Below are positions 12,400 to 26,229 of a DNA stretch of 64,000 nt, piece after piece. The translations under genes and the position numbers were made by a program. The stretch comes from Lama guanicoe. Taxonomy: Eukaryota. How positions within the stretch are numbered: position 1 is the stretch's first letter; each line of letters begins with the position of its first letter. Location of the stretch: NCBI GenBank assembly GCA_013239625.1, contig MU053561.1:436826-500825 (forward strand), given 5' to 3'. Under the pieces are notes generated by a model. That model ran no database searches. It saw only the letters and a list, made by a program, of their open reading frames with translations, and had not been told where the DNA came from.

Positions 12400-13310
12400 C
12401 CTTCTCATGCATTATTGGTGGGAATGTAAAATGATTTAGCCTCTTTTGGAAGAAGTTTAGCAGATTCTTGTAAAACTAAACAATTACCTGTTCTATAACT
12501 CAGTAATTCCTAGGTATTTATCCAAGAAAATTAAAACATACTCCCACAAAATGACTTTAGTGAGACTCTTCTTAGCAGCTTTATTACTATAACAAACACT
12601 GAAAACATTCAGATATCTATCAATAGAATATTGACAGATATGACATGTTCCTTCTATACAATACTAAAAGGGAACAATAAAAAGGAATAAATCACTGATA
12701 TGCAAAACAGCATGGCTGAATCTCAAAAACATTTTATCGAATGAAAGAATCCATGCACCGAAGAATATATACTCTTTAACTCCATTGATAGAAATTCTGG
12801 AATTTAAAATTAATCTTTGATGGAAAAAATTCAAAACAGTACTTGCCTATGGATGGGGTAGGAACTGATTGGTAAGGGACCTGGGGAACTTTCTGGGGTG
12901 ATGGAAAAGTTCTGTATCTTCACAGGGGTTTGATTTACACATTTATATGCACTTGTCGAAACTCAACAAAAGTCTACTAGAGGTCTGTGCATTTCATTTC
13001 ATGTGAATTTTACCTCAAAAATTTTTTTAAAAGTTAATAAATATTAAACTTTAGTAAGTCACATGTATGTTGACGTATTTAGAGGAAGTGTACTGATGTC
13101 TGCAAACTACTTTAAAATGAATCAACGCCCCCCAGAAACCCCAACATGGGCTGATGGGTAAGTTAGGAGACATGTAATTGACAAATGTATAGATATATAA
13201 TAAATCAAGAGTAGAAAAATGTTAAGGATAGAATTTAAGTGATGAGCATGCGGGTAGAAGTATACCACATTTGTCAAAGTCTCACTTTGTTTTATGTTTG
13301 ACATTTTTTG
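12400..13310 (+). mobile_element. Old L1 (L1MC/MD-like) 3' region
   Basis: ggtgggaatgtaaaatg; catggctgaatctcaaaaacatt; ggaactttctggggtgatggaaaagttctgtatctt. Confidence 0.7.
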
Positions 13311-13504
13311 TGATGGTGAAGTATTTCAATTGTTTAGATATCCCACAAAGAGGGAAACTGCCATCCACACTCATTGCAAACACACTAAGGACTGACCTTG
13401 TCCATTAAAACACCACCTTCTCACCCAGAATACATTTTAGAAGGTGTTCATTTTCTAAAAATCTAGTATTTGTTAAGGTCTGGCTATATACCAAGCACTG
13501 TGCA

Positions 13505-15167
13505 GACATTCCCTTAAGCCAAAGCCTAATCCAGAGCAAGACCCTAACTCTCTTTGATTCTACAAAGGCTGAGAGAGGTGAGGAAGCTGCAGAAGAAAAG
13601 TCTGAAGCCAGCAGATGTGGGTTCATGAGGTGTAAGGGAAGAAACTATTTGTATAATGTAAAAGTACAAAGTGAAGCAGCAGGTGCTGACATAGAAGCTG
13701 CAGCAAGTTATCCAGAAAATCTAGCTCAGATCACTGTTAAAGGTGTCTCCACTGAACAAGAGATTTACAAAGTAGACAAAATAGCCTTATATTGAAGAAC
13801 GATGCCACCTAGAACTTTTATAGCTAGAGAGGAGAAGTCAATGCCTGCCTTAAAATCTTCAAAGGATAGATTGACTCTCTTGTTAAGGGCTAATGCAGCT
13901 GATGATTTTAAATTGAAGCTACTGCTCATTTATCATTCCAAAAATCTTAGGGTCCTTAAGAATCATATTAAATCTATCCTTCCTCTCCTCTATAAGTGAA
14001 ACAACAAAGCCTGGATGACAGCACATCTGGTTTACAACATGGTTTGCTGAATATTTTGAGGCAACTGTTGAGAACTACTGCTCAGAAAAAAGATTCCTTT
14101 CAAAATATTACTGTTCATTGACAATACACCTGGTCACCCAAGGAGATGCACAATGAGATAAACGATGTTTTCACACTGGCTAACACAAATCCATTCTGTA
14201 GCCCATGGATCAAAGAGTAATTTCAACATTCAAGTCTTATTACTTAAGAAATATATTTTATAAGGCTATTGCTGCCACAGATAGTGATTCCTCTAATGAG
14301 TCTGGGCAAAGTCAATTGAAAACCTTCTGGAAAGGATTCACCATTCCAGATGAACATTCCTTATCTGTGGGAAGAGGTCAAAATATCAACATTAACAGAA
14401 GTTTGAAAGAAGTTGATTCATGGATGACTTCGAGGGGTTCAAGACTTCAGTGAAGGAAGGAACTGCAGATGTGGTGGAAGTAGCAAGAGAACTAGAACTG
14501 GAAGTGGAGCTCGAAGATGTGACTAAGTTGCTGCAATTTTATGACAAAAATTGAATGGATGAGGGGTTCCTTCTTACGGATGAACAAAGAAATTGGTTTC
14601 TTGAGATGGAAACTACTGCTGGGAAAGATGCTATGAAGATTGTTGAAATGACAACAAAAGTTTCAGAATATTACATAAACTTAGCTGATAAGACTGTGGC
14701 AGAGTTTAAGATGATTGGTCCAATTTCAAAAGAGATTTTGCTGTGGGTAAAATGCTATCAAACAGCGCTGCCTGCTACAGAGAAATGATTGGTGAAAGAG
14801 TCAATCAATGTGGCAAACTCCATTCTTTCTTATTTTAAGAAATTGCCACAGTGACCCCAACCTTCAGCAACCACTATTCTGATCAATCAATATTGAGACA
14901 AGATCCTCAACCAACAAAAAAGATTATGACTCGCTGAACACTCGGATGATGGTTAGCATTTTTTAGCAATGAAGTATTTTTAATTAAGGTATGCACATTG
15001 GTTTTTAGACATAATGCTATTGCACACTTAGTAGACTACAGTATAGTATAAACATAACTTTAATATACACTGGGAAACAAAAAATTCACATGAATTGCTT
15101 TACTGTTGTTATTTGCTTTACTGTGATGGTCTGGGACTGAACCTACAATATCTCTGAGGTATACCTG
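13505..15167 (+). mobile_element. Tigger1 (pogo-family) DNA transposon, 5'-truncated, with a disrupted DDE transposase
   Basis: ORFs [33 protein letters not shown] and MDQRVISTFKSYYLR are pieces of Tigger1 transposase. The right terminal repeat gaggtatacctg ends at 15167. Confidence 0.92.
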
Positions 15168-16691
15168 TGTATGTGTTACATTTCCATCCTGCTAATCAAT
15201 GTTCTTAGAGTCTTACTTTCCACCCCAATTTGTTTATCAAAGCACTGTCTTTGAAGACAACCCCCTCAAAAAAAATTATAGTGCCCATTATTATTACGTT
15301 CTTTTCACTCCTCGGCATATGCATCTGTTGAATGTGTATAGTAGGCTCAATCACAGTAGTGAGAAACTTCAGAAGAAATACAGAAAATGGAAGCTAATGT
15401 GTATTGTGTATCTTCTGTATGTCAAGCACTGTCCCGGCCATTTCAATATATTGAGTCTGGTGCCGCAAACATATATGAGCACCACCCCAGTGACAGACAT
15501 GCAGCTAGAGGTGACATCACATCCCTGTTCTTAACTTCTGTTGAGCAAATCAACTAATGCTTTCTAAATGGCAGAGCTTTTCACAAATATACATAACAGA
15601 TTGCCCAGCAAATGTGGAGAAGGAGAGATTGCTCTATACCACCTGTCCCCTACCCTGGAGCTGAGTGAGTGGCCATAAATCCATTGTTCTCAAGACAAGA
15701 GTTTCTCCAGACTGGCTGTAAAAGTTAATGAACACCTCTTCAGTGACTCATTTCCCCTCCTCCGCTGATAGGGTTTATTCCAGTATCACAGGATGCGACA
15801 GAACTTGCTTGCAGCAATACTCATGGTCAATCTCTCCATCAAATATGATAAGACGAAGCCCAAGACTGTAAAACTTTACTCCCTAGCGGAGTAAGGAAAC
15901 CCTTCCACGTTTTTTGTTTGTTTGTTTGTTTGTTTTTTTAAATAATGAGTGGTTTATGCTGTTTTCTTAGGATCTAGTATTGGAAAACATTTCAAGACAT
16001 CGTCTCATTATACTGTCACTTCAGATTTATTTTTCCAAATCCCTCTAGCAGATTTTATTTTTCACATTCTCCCAAAGCACCTTTTCTGATCCCCTTTTCA
16101 CACTGACCATTCCATTAGGTGCTCCCCACCCCGCTGCCCCTGCCTGGCTGAGGGTCTTCTCTCATGCCAATCTAATAGCACTGAAATGTTTAGCAGTCAA
16201 AAAATAATCGACCGTTTCAAAAAAACCTCCAAAAGGCACCAAGAGTAAAGTATGAAACTGTTCGTAAGTTAAAATGGGTACTTGGTAGTTGCTGTCATGC
16301 CAAAGCTGGAGACAATTAATGCTTGACCTCAAATGACAAAGCAGTGAAAAGCTCTACTATTTGACTCAAAATGGAGTTCATTGGTCATTTGAAGAGGAAG
16401 GCAAAGGGATCACTGCCATCCAAGCTTCCATCAGGGAATCTGGGGTCAGAACACATCGTGCAGAGATGATAAAGATTTTTTACTGAAGTGCAGCCTCGGG
16501 GTCAGCATGGCGATCTAAATAAGCTGACTCACATCCAAGTTCTACAGCGTTCCGCTGAACTCCTCACAATTTCTTCAAGTTCTCAGGACTTAGAAAGTCT
16601 GTTTCTGAGCTTCCTTACAAATAGAAACAAATTCTCTTTGTTTCATATCAACCTATTCCTACAAGAAATCCGCTTCCATCTTCTTGGTCTT

Positions 16692-16898
16692 TTCTGTCCA
16701 GAATAGTAACCACTAACCACATGCAGCTGTTTCAATTTAAATTTAATTGTAAAAAAAAATTAAATAAAACTTAAAATTCAACTTCTCATTCTCACTAGCC
16801 ATATTTCAAATACTCAGTGGCCATTTGTGGTTAGTGGCTACCACACTGATAGCATAGATTAGAATACGTCCATTATCACAGACAATCTGATTCGGCAG
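16692..16898. mobile_element. MER3/MER33-like hAT-Charlie MITE
   Basis: Near-palindromic ends (accactaaccacatg ... catttgtggttagtggct) around an AT-rich core. Confidence 0.65.
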
Positions 16899-19800
16899 TT
16901 GTACAAGTGTGTCACGAATTGATGAGGGCTTACGGAATATTTGTGGATACATGTCAAGAGCTCATATTCTTATTTTCCATCAGAAAATTCACTTTAAGCA
17001 TTTTTAACAACTCTCCTCTTTTCAGAAACATATCACTCATCTTTAGAGTTATATCACTGTATATTTCCAGTCAGAGGAGTGTTTTAGGGAGCTGAGTAGA
17101 ATCATCATACAGATGACAGGAAGATATTCAAAAGGGGGAGAGCATGAATTCATCCAAGAAAGGAAATAAAATATTTCTCCCTGAGAAAGAATTTAATGTC
17201 TTCTCAAACAAACGAACAAAAAACAATGAGAAAAGTTAAGTGAAATTTTGTCTGGGAAAAAGGGAAATAGGAGTTAGCTTGCATGTTCTGTAGAAGGAAA
17301 CACCTAAGAAGAAACGGGGCCGGTTTGGAAGCAACTACTCTTTGTTAGGTCGCTGGTCAGATTAGCACAAAAACTTCCTGAGTATGAGGTTATAGAGATG
17401 AGGCAGGCATGATCCCAGGCCTGAAGTAGTTAAGAGATTTAGTAGGAAGACAGGTAGAAAACAGAATTCAAATGTGAGCAAGCATGTGGTATGTGAGCAC
17501 AGGAGAAATATCTGTGCTGTCAAAGAGTAGAATGGAGAAAAGCTTCCAAGAAGAAGTTGGGGACCAAACCAAGCTGTGTGGTTATTGAAAGCAACCACGC
17601 GATGGGGACCAGATTGATCCTCTTTAACTTTTCTTACCTCTTGTTCTCCTCCCCACTGCACCCAAACACACACACAGATACACACACACAAATCCTTGCA
17701 CTTATTAGGATTCAACATTTATTGAATTAATGAAAAGATGATTAAACATGGCCAAACAAAGAAAGAGAAGAAGAGCGTTGCACAAATAGAAATGACGTGA
17801 GAAAAGGCATGGAAGCATGACCTTGTACTGTGTAGTCCAGGAAATACCAGCACGTGGTGTTGGTGGAGCACAAATTTGAGTGGATAGAGTGTGAGTGCAG
17901 GAGCTTAGAGTAACAGAAGGGGACCGAGACTGGGAAGGGTTTTCCTGATATGCTAAAAGCTTGAATGGAGGTGGAGCTCAATTTTAATATTTCACCATAA
18001 ATGTAATATTATGTTTGCTTTATACAAATAGTACTCTGAAAATGTATGCACTCATATTAAAATTTTCTAATAATGTCTAAATTTAATCAGCATTAGATCC
18101 TAGAACATTTTAACTTCATTCCAAACTCTCTTTAGCTCCAGTTAGTTCTAGTTTGTATTTTTAAAAACTGAAGTTATTATTAGCCACATTGTAAACATTA
18201 TTATAGTTATGATTTACAGTCAATACATATTTCTTTGTCCTACTGGGTAATTATTTTATTTTTTTGCCAAAGGACATGCTTGAGGAGTAATCTCAATAAG
18301 AGTCTATGAACATCATCTTTCTAAATTCTTACAATTTTCACATATCTTTTTTCCAAGTTCCCCTTTAATGATTGAGTGGCTAGGTTAAAAATTCCAGGTT
18401 AAAAGTGATTTCCTTTCACAATTTAAAGAGAATGTTGCCTCTCTTCCATTTCTCTCTCTCCAGGATGGTGCTATTGTCATTCTGATCCTGGTTGTTTTGC
18501 GGGTAATTGTTGCTGATTTGTGGTTTTAGGGTTCTCTCTTTCTAAATTTCACGTATGGTGTGTCTACATGTTGAAAGTTTTCATATAATTCTATTCACTA
18601 CTTAGTGGATCTTTTCAGTTCAGATATTTCTCTACCTCTATGTGTTTACATCCCCCCAAATTTTATGTAGGATCTATCAGTATCCACCTGTAGGGCTAAC
18701 TAATGGGGGGCTTCAGTGAAAGGCCTCTTACAGTCCTATGAGTGTATGATTCTCTTGTCTGATCTCCTTCTCTTTCCTCTCTCATCTCAAGACTTAAGAT
18801 CTTTATATAGTGGCATGGAGACAGCAGAGCGAGGATTAGAAGAAGGTGGGCTCTACCTAAGCACACATTTTGTCAACTTTTTTTCTCTTACGTTTGGACC
18901 AGTGCTTTTGAACTTGAAAGTCTTGGAGCTAATATCTTTGTTCTTTGTTGTGCCGTGGAACAATGATGATTCCCATCCAGCTGCCTAAAAGGAAAGGGGC
19001 TGGTGTTTAACAGGTAGAGTGAAAAATAAAAGTCATCTGGTAATATCCTACCACATACAGTTAGGAAACTGAGGTTCAAAGAGTTCCAGGAGCATGCCCA
19101 GAGTTACACAGTGAGTGGGTAACAGATTTAGGACCTGAACCAAGATCCTGTGGAAACCAAACCTTGTGCTCTTTCCCCAGAGCATCATCAGAATGGTAGA
19201 GGTTCTCAAAAACAGGCTTGGTAAACCATGGAAATATTACTCTCTCCTGTCCTACCATAGGTTTATACACAGGCTGGGAAAACCTAATGGCAGAGGCCGA
19301 GTAGCATCATGAAAAGACCCCTGGGCTGGGAGTAAGGAAGCCTGGTTTCTGAAATCAGCGGCATTAACTAGTTGTGGGTTGAACCACTCCTAGTGCTTCT
19401 CTGGGCTCCAGGTTCCTCATCAGTAGAGCAAAAGGGTAAGACTTGAGAAACCTCGTTATCCTTTTTAGCCTTAAAGATACAGTCTATTGAGGTTCTAGTC
19501 TAGTTGAGGTTGAATAATCTCTGACACCTACCACACAGTTTCATCCTTTGCTATCTACATTAGAGGAGGAAACCTTGTGCCCTTTTCCAAATAGGCTAGT
19601 TTTTAGTAAGACTTTGACTCAACACACAGAGAGCTGGCTTAGGAGTCAGAAGGCTTAGGGTCCACATCCAGCTCTACCACTGATCTGGGCAGGCTTCCTA
19701 ATCTCTCCTAACACTGGGTGTCTTGGGTGTGAAATGGGGTGCAGATCCTACATCGCTCCCAGGGATTCTGTTGGCATCTCTTTTGATGACTTAGGTGAAA

Positions 19801-20179
19801 ACACTTTATTTTAAAATATTGTCTCAATGCAAGCTATTTTGACATAACTTCTCTGTGTTAGAATAAGATTTCTGTGCCTTGTTCCTCAGGGACAAAGAGG
19901 AAGAGCTCAAGTAGATATCTGAGGAACCAGGTGCATGTTGAGGGTGATGGGGTTGGTGCTTTAGAGAGTAAAGTGCTTCTCAAGCACACTGAGAGGGTGC
20001 ATAACCTACGTCCAGCCCTGATGGCAAATCCTTTCTGAAAGGATAAAAACATCGTGATTCTCCAGAGTTGAAGCAAGACACATTCATTGAAAGCAAGGAG
20101 AAATAAAGGAAATCAACAATGCAAAGAGATAAAAAGAGAGACAAAGGAAAAGTAAATAAAGGGAGAGGAAGATGGGCTT

Positions 20180-20807
20180 ATAACAATCTATAAAAGGAAT
20201 AGAAGAGAGTTTTATCTGAGCCAAATTGAGGGCCAAAGCCCAGGAGACACAGATTCAGGAAGCACTTGAACTGTGTTCTGCCCGACTGCAAAGTGGGGAA
20301 GGCTTATAAAGGCAGAAACTGCAAAATTGTATAAGTTGTTTGTTAAGAATTATAATTGGAGCTTGTAAGAAGTAAGGGTGTTCATTAAGCACTCTTTACA
20401 ACACACTTACTTCTTACGTAAGGATTGGTTGGGATCCTAAATGGTTGCATACTCACGAGTGGAGACTTTGAGGCCATAGGTTGCAGCTGGCAGCTGCTAG
20501 CAGGTATTGTTTTGAGAGGCTGATACTGATATAGTTCAGAAAATTCAAGTACTCAGGGATGCGGGGAGCCACCCAGCTCCATTTTGGATGCCTGAACCAC
20601 AGTTGCTCCATTTTGGATGCCTGAACCACAGTTACTCCATTTGGATGTTTAAATGCATTCTTTTCTTGAATGGTTAAAGCAGACGTACAAGGCATGTTTA
20701 ATCAGCCACAAGCAGGGTGTTCTAGTTAACGTAAAGTTTAAGTTAAATCATGGCTAAGCCAGAATGACTTTTCCATTCCTCAATATGTGAACATTTCTTC
20801 CGTCACA
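20180..20807 (-). mobile_element. Probable ERV1-type solo LTR, antisense
   Basis: LTR-like start (agagagttttatctgagccaaattgagg), ends in ...tcaca, has an internal 29-bp tandem repeat. Left boundary and TSD not resolved. Confidence 0.55.
20577..20647. repeat. 29-bp tandem repeat, about 2.5 copies
   Basis: ctccattttggatgcctgaaccacagtt(g/a) at 20577 and 20606, partial copy at 20635. Confidence 0.9.
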
Positions 20808-20914
20808 AATTACAGGATATTGTTAATGCTCATAACATGGGTTGTAAAGAAAAGATTCTATTTGCAAATAGGGAGAGGTTCTTTTGGCTAATTAAAATAC
20901 AGCTTAGATACGAT

Positions 20915-21050
20915 CTCAATTTATCTCTCATACAGTTCACTTTGATGGTAGATAAGACTTTTTATGGGTGATAATTATTTGTAAACAACATTATTATGGT
21001 ATGATTAAAACAAATATCATATAATTCCTGAGGCAAGAAGATATAAGGAC
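20915..21050 (+). promoter_or_regulatory. REG4 proximal promoter
   Basis: TATAAG 21042-21047; GATA sites TTATCT 20921, AGATAA 20950 and TGATAA 20969; CDX-type TTTATGG 20961; FOX-type TGTAAACA 20980. Fits the reported CDX2/GATA6 control of REG4. Confidence 0.6.
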
Positions 21051-21069
21051 TTCAGAAACTGCCTGAGAT

Positions 21070-21123
21070 CTCTAAGGACACTGAAGAAGGCAGGGGGTCT
21101 TCAGAGCCTTGAATGCCGACCAG
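21070..21123 (+). other. REG4: REG4 non-coding exon 1 (start approximate)
   Basis: gacactgaagaaggcagggg resembles the recalled human REG4 5'UTR. Donor CAG|GTAATC at 21123/21124; TATA-like box about 28 nt upstream. Confidence 0.7.
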
Positions 21124-21513
21124 GTAATCCTCCACGCAGTTGAGGGCAGAGGTCTTTCTTTGAACATCTGTTTTCCTTTGCCAGCTATTAACTGGGCTAG
21201 AGAAGAGAAGTTATAGCTCAAATGATGTTAATCATGCTTGGGTTGCTGTTTCGTTTCATGCGAATTACTTATTTTCTTTTTTCCCTTATAAAGAACATTA
21301 GCTTTCATGTCAAATGGTGTTGGGTTGAGCGGTGGCTCTGTAATCTGGCAACTGTGAAACCGTAGGATGTGCATTTAATCTCCATGAACTTGAGGTTCTC
21401 CGTGTGTAAAATAAGCTAACCATGCCTGCAAAGCAGCCTAGTTCTGAGGATTCAATTAGATGACATGGGAGCATTCAATGAACGTCAGTTCTTTAAAATT
21501 CATTTACAGATTA

Positions 21514-21865
21514 CAGTAATCCCCGCTCCTTTATCCTCAGTGACTCTCCAAAGTTTGTTGCTCTCAGCCAGTTGACGTCAGAAAATATTAAATGGAAAAC
21601 TTCAAAAATTAAGGAAAAAAAAAACTCATAAGTTATAAATTGTGCAGTGCTCTGTACTGAGTAGCATGGTGAAATTTAGGAGGATCCTGCTCCTTCCCAC
21701 CCAGAAGGTAAATCATCCCCTCATCAGGTGCACCGCCTCCCCACCGAACCCCTACTAGTCTAGGGGAAAACATAATATAAGTATATGCAGGGTTCTGTAC
21801 TATCTGCTTCAGGGCATCCACTGGGGGCTTGGACCTTACGCCCTGCAGATTAGAGGGGACTACAG
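21514..21865. mobile_element. MER44/Tigger7-like MITE in REG4 intron 1
   Basis: TA-flanked ends cagtaatcccc ... ggggactacag; internal gaaaatattaaatggaaaa. Confidence 0.7.
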
Positions 21866-22279
21866 TATTAAAAAAGATGTTTTACTTTCCCTTCCCTCAG
21901 ACAGTTGGCTTGACAGAGAAGATTTTACTCTTTGTGTTTTAAGAGGGGTGCAAATACCTCTCTCACTTTTGGAAAGGAGGCTTCTCAGAGGAGTTAATTG
22001 CAGGGTTAACGTAGTATTAAAAAAAAAAGGAGAGAGGGGTCACCACAGCCCCACATGTTGTACCCTTTTGTTTCCCTCTTTATTAACAATGTGTCAAAGT
22101 GTCCTTATGGACCTTAATATGGATCTAATCTTTAGATTTTCCAGGAGTTTCCACTTCAAATATTTTGTTCCATCATTTCCCTCAAACTATCTATTATTTG
22201 AGAGGCAGAACATGTAAAGGGATCACAATGCATGCTCAATTAAGAATTCAATGAATTACTCATCTTAGTAATTTTTTGG

Positions 22280-23150
22280 GAAAAAATTTGGACCCAATCT
22301 CATGCTTACACTGAAGTAATTGCCTGATGGATGAAAATAGAAGAGAAAACAGGTAGATATTTTAATCTTATGTGGATGGCAATGGCCAGTTTTTCAAAAA
22401 TAAATGCCAAAAGTTATGAAGGAGATGAGAATAGGACAGTTTTGGAAATTTTCAGTATAGCAAAAAAATATATTATAAGCAAGAGAAAACACAGACTGGG
22501 AAATACTCTGAGTAATATACCTGAGCAATAAATATACAAAGAAAGCCCTCCAAGTTTCTGAGAAAAAAGATAAACAATCAAACAGAAAACTGTACAAACC
22601 TGTGAATTTTTCAGCAAAAATTCACAAAAGAAATGTAAAAAAACTGATTTTATAAAAAGGCATTCAACTTCATTAGTATTTTTTAAATGAAGTTTTTTCT
22701 TTAATATATCAAAATTAGCAAGAAAAAAAACGTGACAAGTCGTGAAGGGTTGGGGAAAGGTGCATTCCTGTGCACTAGCAGTGGAATGAACAGCCCAATA
22801 GGGGAGCATTATGGCCAAGAGTATCAATGTGACAACATGCATTTTCCATGAAATTGCAACCCTGTATATGTGGATTCACTAAAATGAATCAAAACAATAA
22901 AAGTTATGCGAGGGGAAGATGGTTCATTAAAATCAATCCATTTCTGAGAGACAAAACCAGGTTACAGAACTATATGACTCTTTTGTATAAAATTATGTAC
23001 ATACACGCAGAAATGTGCATAGAAAAATGTCCATAAGCTCTTCACTAAATTGTTACTCTGGGAGATGGGATTTACTTCTTATTTTCTAGATTTTTAATTG
23101 ACCTTTTAATAATTCATGTACCATTTGGTGATAGGAACAGATAACAAAGT
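22280..23150 (+). mobile_element. Highly degenerate L1 (L1ME-like)
   Basis: A-rich sequence with remnants of the L1 ORF2 end and 3'UTR. Confidence 0.5.
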
Positions 23151-23322
23151 TATTTTCTTTTTTTAAAAAAATACGGTATCACCTAGGTGTAAAGGAAAGA
23201 GAGTTGAACTTAAGTCAGGAAATCTCACTATAGCTGTGTGACAATGAGCAAATGGCTTCATACCCATCGATCTCAGGTTTTATTACCTGTAAAATGTGGG
23301 TATTGGACCATATACCCACTTT

Positions 23323-23627
23323 AAAAAAAATGAAGTACAGATACAATGTGTCGATTTCTGGTGTACGGCACAATGTCCCAGTCATGCATACGTACACATA
23401 TATTCGTTTTCATCTTCTTTTTCATTAAAGGTTATTACAAGATATTGAATATAGTTCCCTGTGCTATACAGAAGAAATTTGTTTTTATCTATTGTTAGAT
23501 GCAGTGGTTAACATTTGCAAATCTCAAACTCCCAGATTTATCCCTTCCCACTACATTTCCCCCAGTAGCCATAAGATTGTTTACTATGTCTGGGAGTCTA
23601 TTCATGTTTTGTAGATGAGTTCACTTG
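23323..23627 (-). mobile_element. L1 3' end, antisense
   Basis: aagatattgaatatagttccctgtgctatacag motif; flanking direct repeat cccacttt (23315 and 23628). Confidence 0.75.
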
Positions 23628-24120
23628 CCCACTTTTAATTCTAACATTAAAAAATTCATTGTTGCGACTGACTCACCTTGATTGACTTGGCTATAGAGAG
23701 CCCGTTAACTGCCTCATCTAAGGGAAAGCTTGCCTTGGACCCCCTCTGCTGGCTCTCCTAAGTATAGCAAGGGCAGGCTCTCCACCATAGACCAAATGCC
23801 TCCATTCAAACTTTGAACTATTCAGCCCAGGATCCTTAGCGCTCTGGCACTGGCTCAGAGGCTTTCCATAAGATAAATTTTCCTAATCTCTACACCCAGC
23901 TTGCAATTCCCTTTATTGCATAATCTGGCTATAGTCAGAAAAACATTTTTCCCCCATTGATGATTTGGCATCTGAGTTCCTGGATCTACCTCACTAGTGC
24001 CAATGTGTTCAGATTGCAGATCTAGGTGAATCCAGGAGCATCAAGGAAAAACTGACAAGGACTTTGAAGTCCTTGCATTAAACGTTCCTGAAGCACTTCT
24101 GTCTGTGCGGGAAGAGGAAG

Positions 24121-24187
24121 ATGGCTTCGAAAGGGCTGTGGCTGCTTCTACTGCTGAACTGTGCAGCCAGCACTGAAGTCCTGGGTG
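24121..24187 (+). CDS. REG4: REG4 exon 2 coding part (signal peptide MASKGLWLLLLLNCAASTEVLG); the exon starts at 24013
   Basis: Acceptor ttcAG at 24012, start context AAGATGG, 67 coding nt, donor G|GTGAGT (phase 1). Confidence 0.93.
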
Positions 24188-26229
24188 GTGAGTATCAGTC
24201 ACTCAGCTGGAACCAAGCCCACAGCCAAAGTGCATGCAACTCACATGACATAGCCATCCATTTGACAAAAAAAAAAAAAAGAAGAAGAAGAAGAAGAAAT
24301 TAGGCACTGCAGGAAATAGGTGTTAAAGACAAGACTGAAAGACAATGTAATGTGGTTAAAAGTGCAAGGAAATCAGAACCAAATTCCAACCTCATATGGT
24401 TGTGAACCATAGTTAACCATCATCAATCAAATGTAGACTATAATCACTATTTTGCAAGTTTATTGTGAAGGGTAGAGATATGGATTTAAAGCACCTGACT
24501 CCTAGCGGTCAACAAATGATAGCTACCATTAGAACTAGCCATTGTTCTGTGCACTGTTTTCCTATCTGAGCACAGTGGAGAATTCCAGTTTGCAAGCGAC
24601 TCACTGCCCAGTTGGAGAGATGGCTCCTACCCACGTACAGGCCCAGCACCAAGTGTAAAGTGACACGTCCACAAAGTGGGAAGCAGTACCCCAGAATCCA
24701 CCAGTGGAGAGAGCAGAGGAAGCAAACTGCATAAATGAGCTAAGGATAAGTGTCCTGGCTGCTTTCACGGTCCCCAGTGGCCCTGCTGGCATGGTAGGTG
24801 GTAGAGTGAGTACATAAACCTGGCCTGAACAGCACTTCTTCTGAGGAGAGGACCCTTGAGGGGGTCCAGGGTTATATCTGACCCATCACTTCTCCCACTG
24901 CCAGCAGGAGGATAGACTGGGAGGAAATACAGAGAGAAGAGGGTTCTTCAGGCATCGTGTTGGTACCCGCAGCTGAAGTCTGTGGTCCAGCTACCAGTTC
25001 CCTCAACCACCTCTGTACTTTCAGGACCTGGGGAATCCGACCACTTTCTCTGAATCCTGCTAGAGTGTGAATGACTATGAGCGGCTGCCCTCAAGCTCCC
25101 CTCCCATGGGCACCTTCCATGGCCATTTCTGACCAACTGCCCAGATAGTTAGTTCCCTGGTGTGTTTCTGGCTTCCCCGAGGGGGCCTGAAACTTTCCAA
25201 AGCTATATCTTGGGGCGTGAGAAACCAGCCGCCCCGCTCTGGGATGTCACCAAACCTCTCTGGTTTCTCTGCCTGGGAGGAGGTAGAGCCAGGACACTCA
25301 CCACTGGTCCTTCCATTGTTCTCACAGGTCCCCCTCCCAGCTGTAGAAAGACTTTCCACTCACTCCTCCTATCTTGGAAGAATCTCTCTTATGACACATC
25401 TTATGCATTCTAGGCACAAAGGCTTATGGGAAAAGTCTAATCTTGTCTGGAAGGCAGGTACGGGGAACTTAGAAATGAGTTTTCTGTTTCAGCAAGACCT
25501 GGTGGGTGGTCAAGATTATTACCCTCCTTGCCTCAACAGTGAATTGTTTGCCCTGGCCTGCAGCTGGGCTCCACCTAAAGCAATGCATGACATTGATTCA
25601 GCGCATAAGGAGACCAAAAAAATAGGATTTATGGATAATAAAAAACCCAATTTCAATTTTCAAAAAATATTATACTCACTATAATGATAACGTGGCTACT
25701 TTGATCACTACAGTTTATTCTGTGGCTACTATTTATTGAACAGTTACTGTTTACTGACTCTGTGTTAATCACAGTACATGCATTATCCCATTTAATCCTC
25801 CCAACAATCTTGATTCCGTGTGTAAACAAGAAAACTGAAACTAAAAGAGGTTGAATAATGTTCCCCAGGCCACACCTCTAGTAAGTGGTGGAGTGGAAAG
25901 ACTATTAGAAGTCCAGGCAGGATGCTAGGAGCCGAGTCCTCTCGACACTGGCGTGTAGGGATGAGGCGCTCTGGGACCACAGGAGGTAGGATCCAGGTCC
26001 TAGGGCTTCTCGGGAACACTGGCTCTTCTCCCAGGTGCCACCTCATTCCCCATCTGTGTGACCTCATTTGGTCACATCACCTCTCTGAGGTTTTCTCATC
26101 TCTACAGTGAGGATCTATGTCCCAGTCAGTCAGGAAATTCTGGTAATTAAACAAGGCAATCTGACTGAACACGTTTGACCCATTTGCTTGAAAACAAATA
26201 ATTTGAGCCTAATGACGTACAATGACTGA

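Noticed and set aside
13802..14788. Transposase ORFs as a domesticated TIGD-like gene
   Set aside because: Fragmented by stops and frameshifts, 5'-truncated, and flanked by ordinary Tigger1 terminal sequence
20577..20647. 29-bp repeats as a CRISPR-like array
   Set aside because: Head-to-tail with no spacers, inside an LTR-like element in mammalian DNA
25160..25684. 174-aa ORF in REG4 intron 2
   Set aside because: GTG start, no recognisable domain, no splice or composition support
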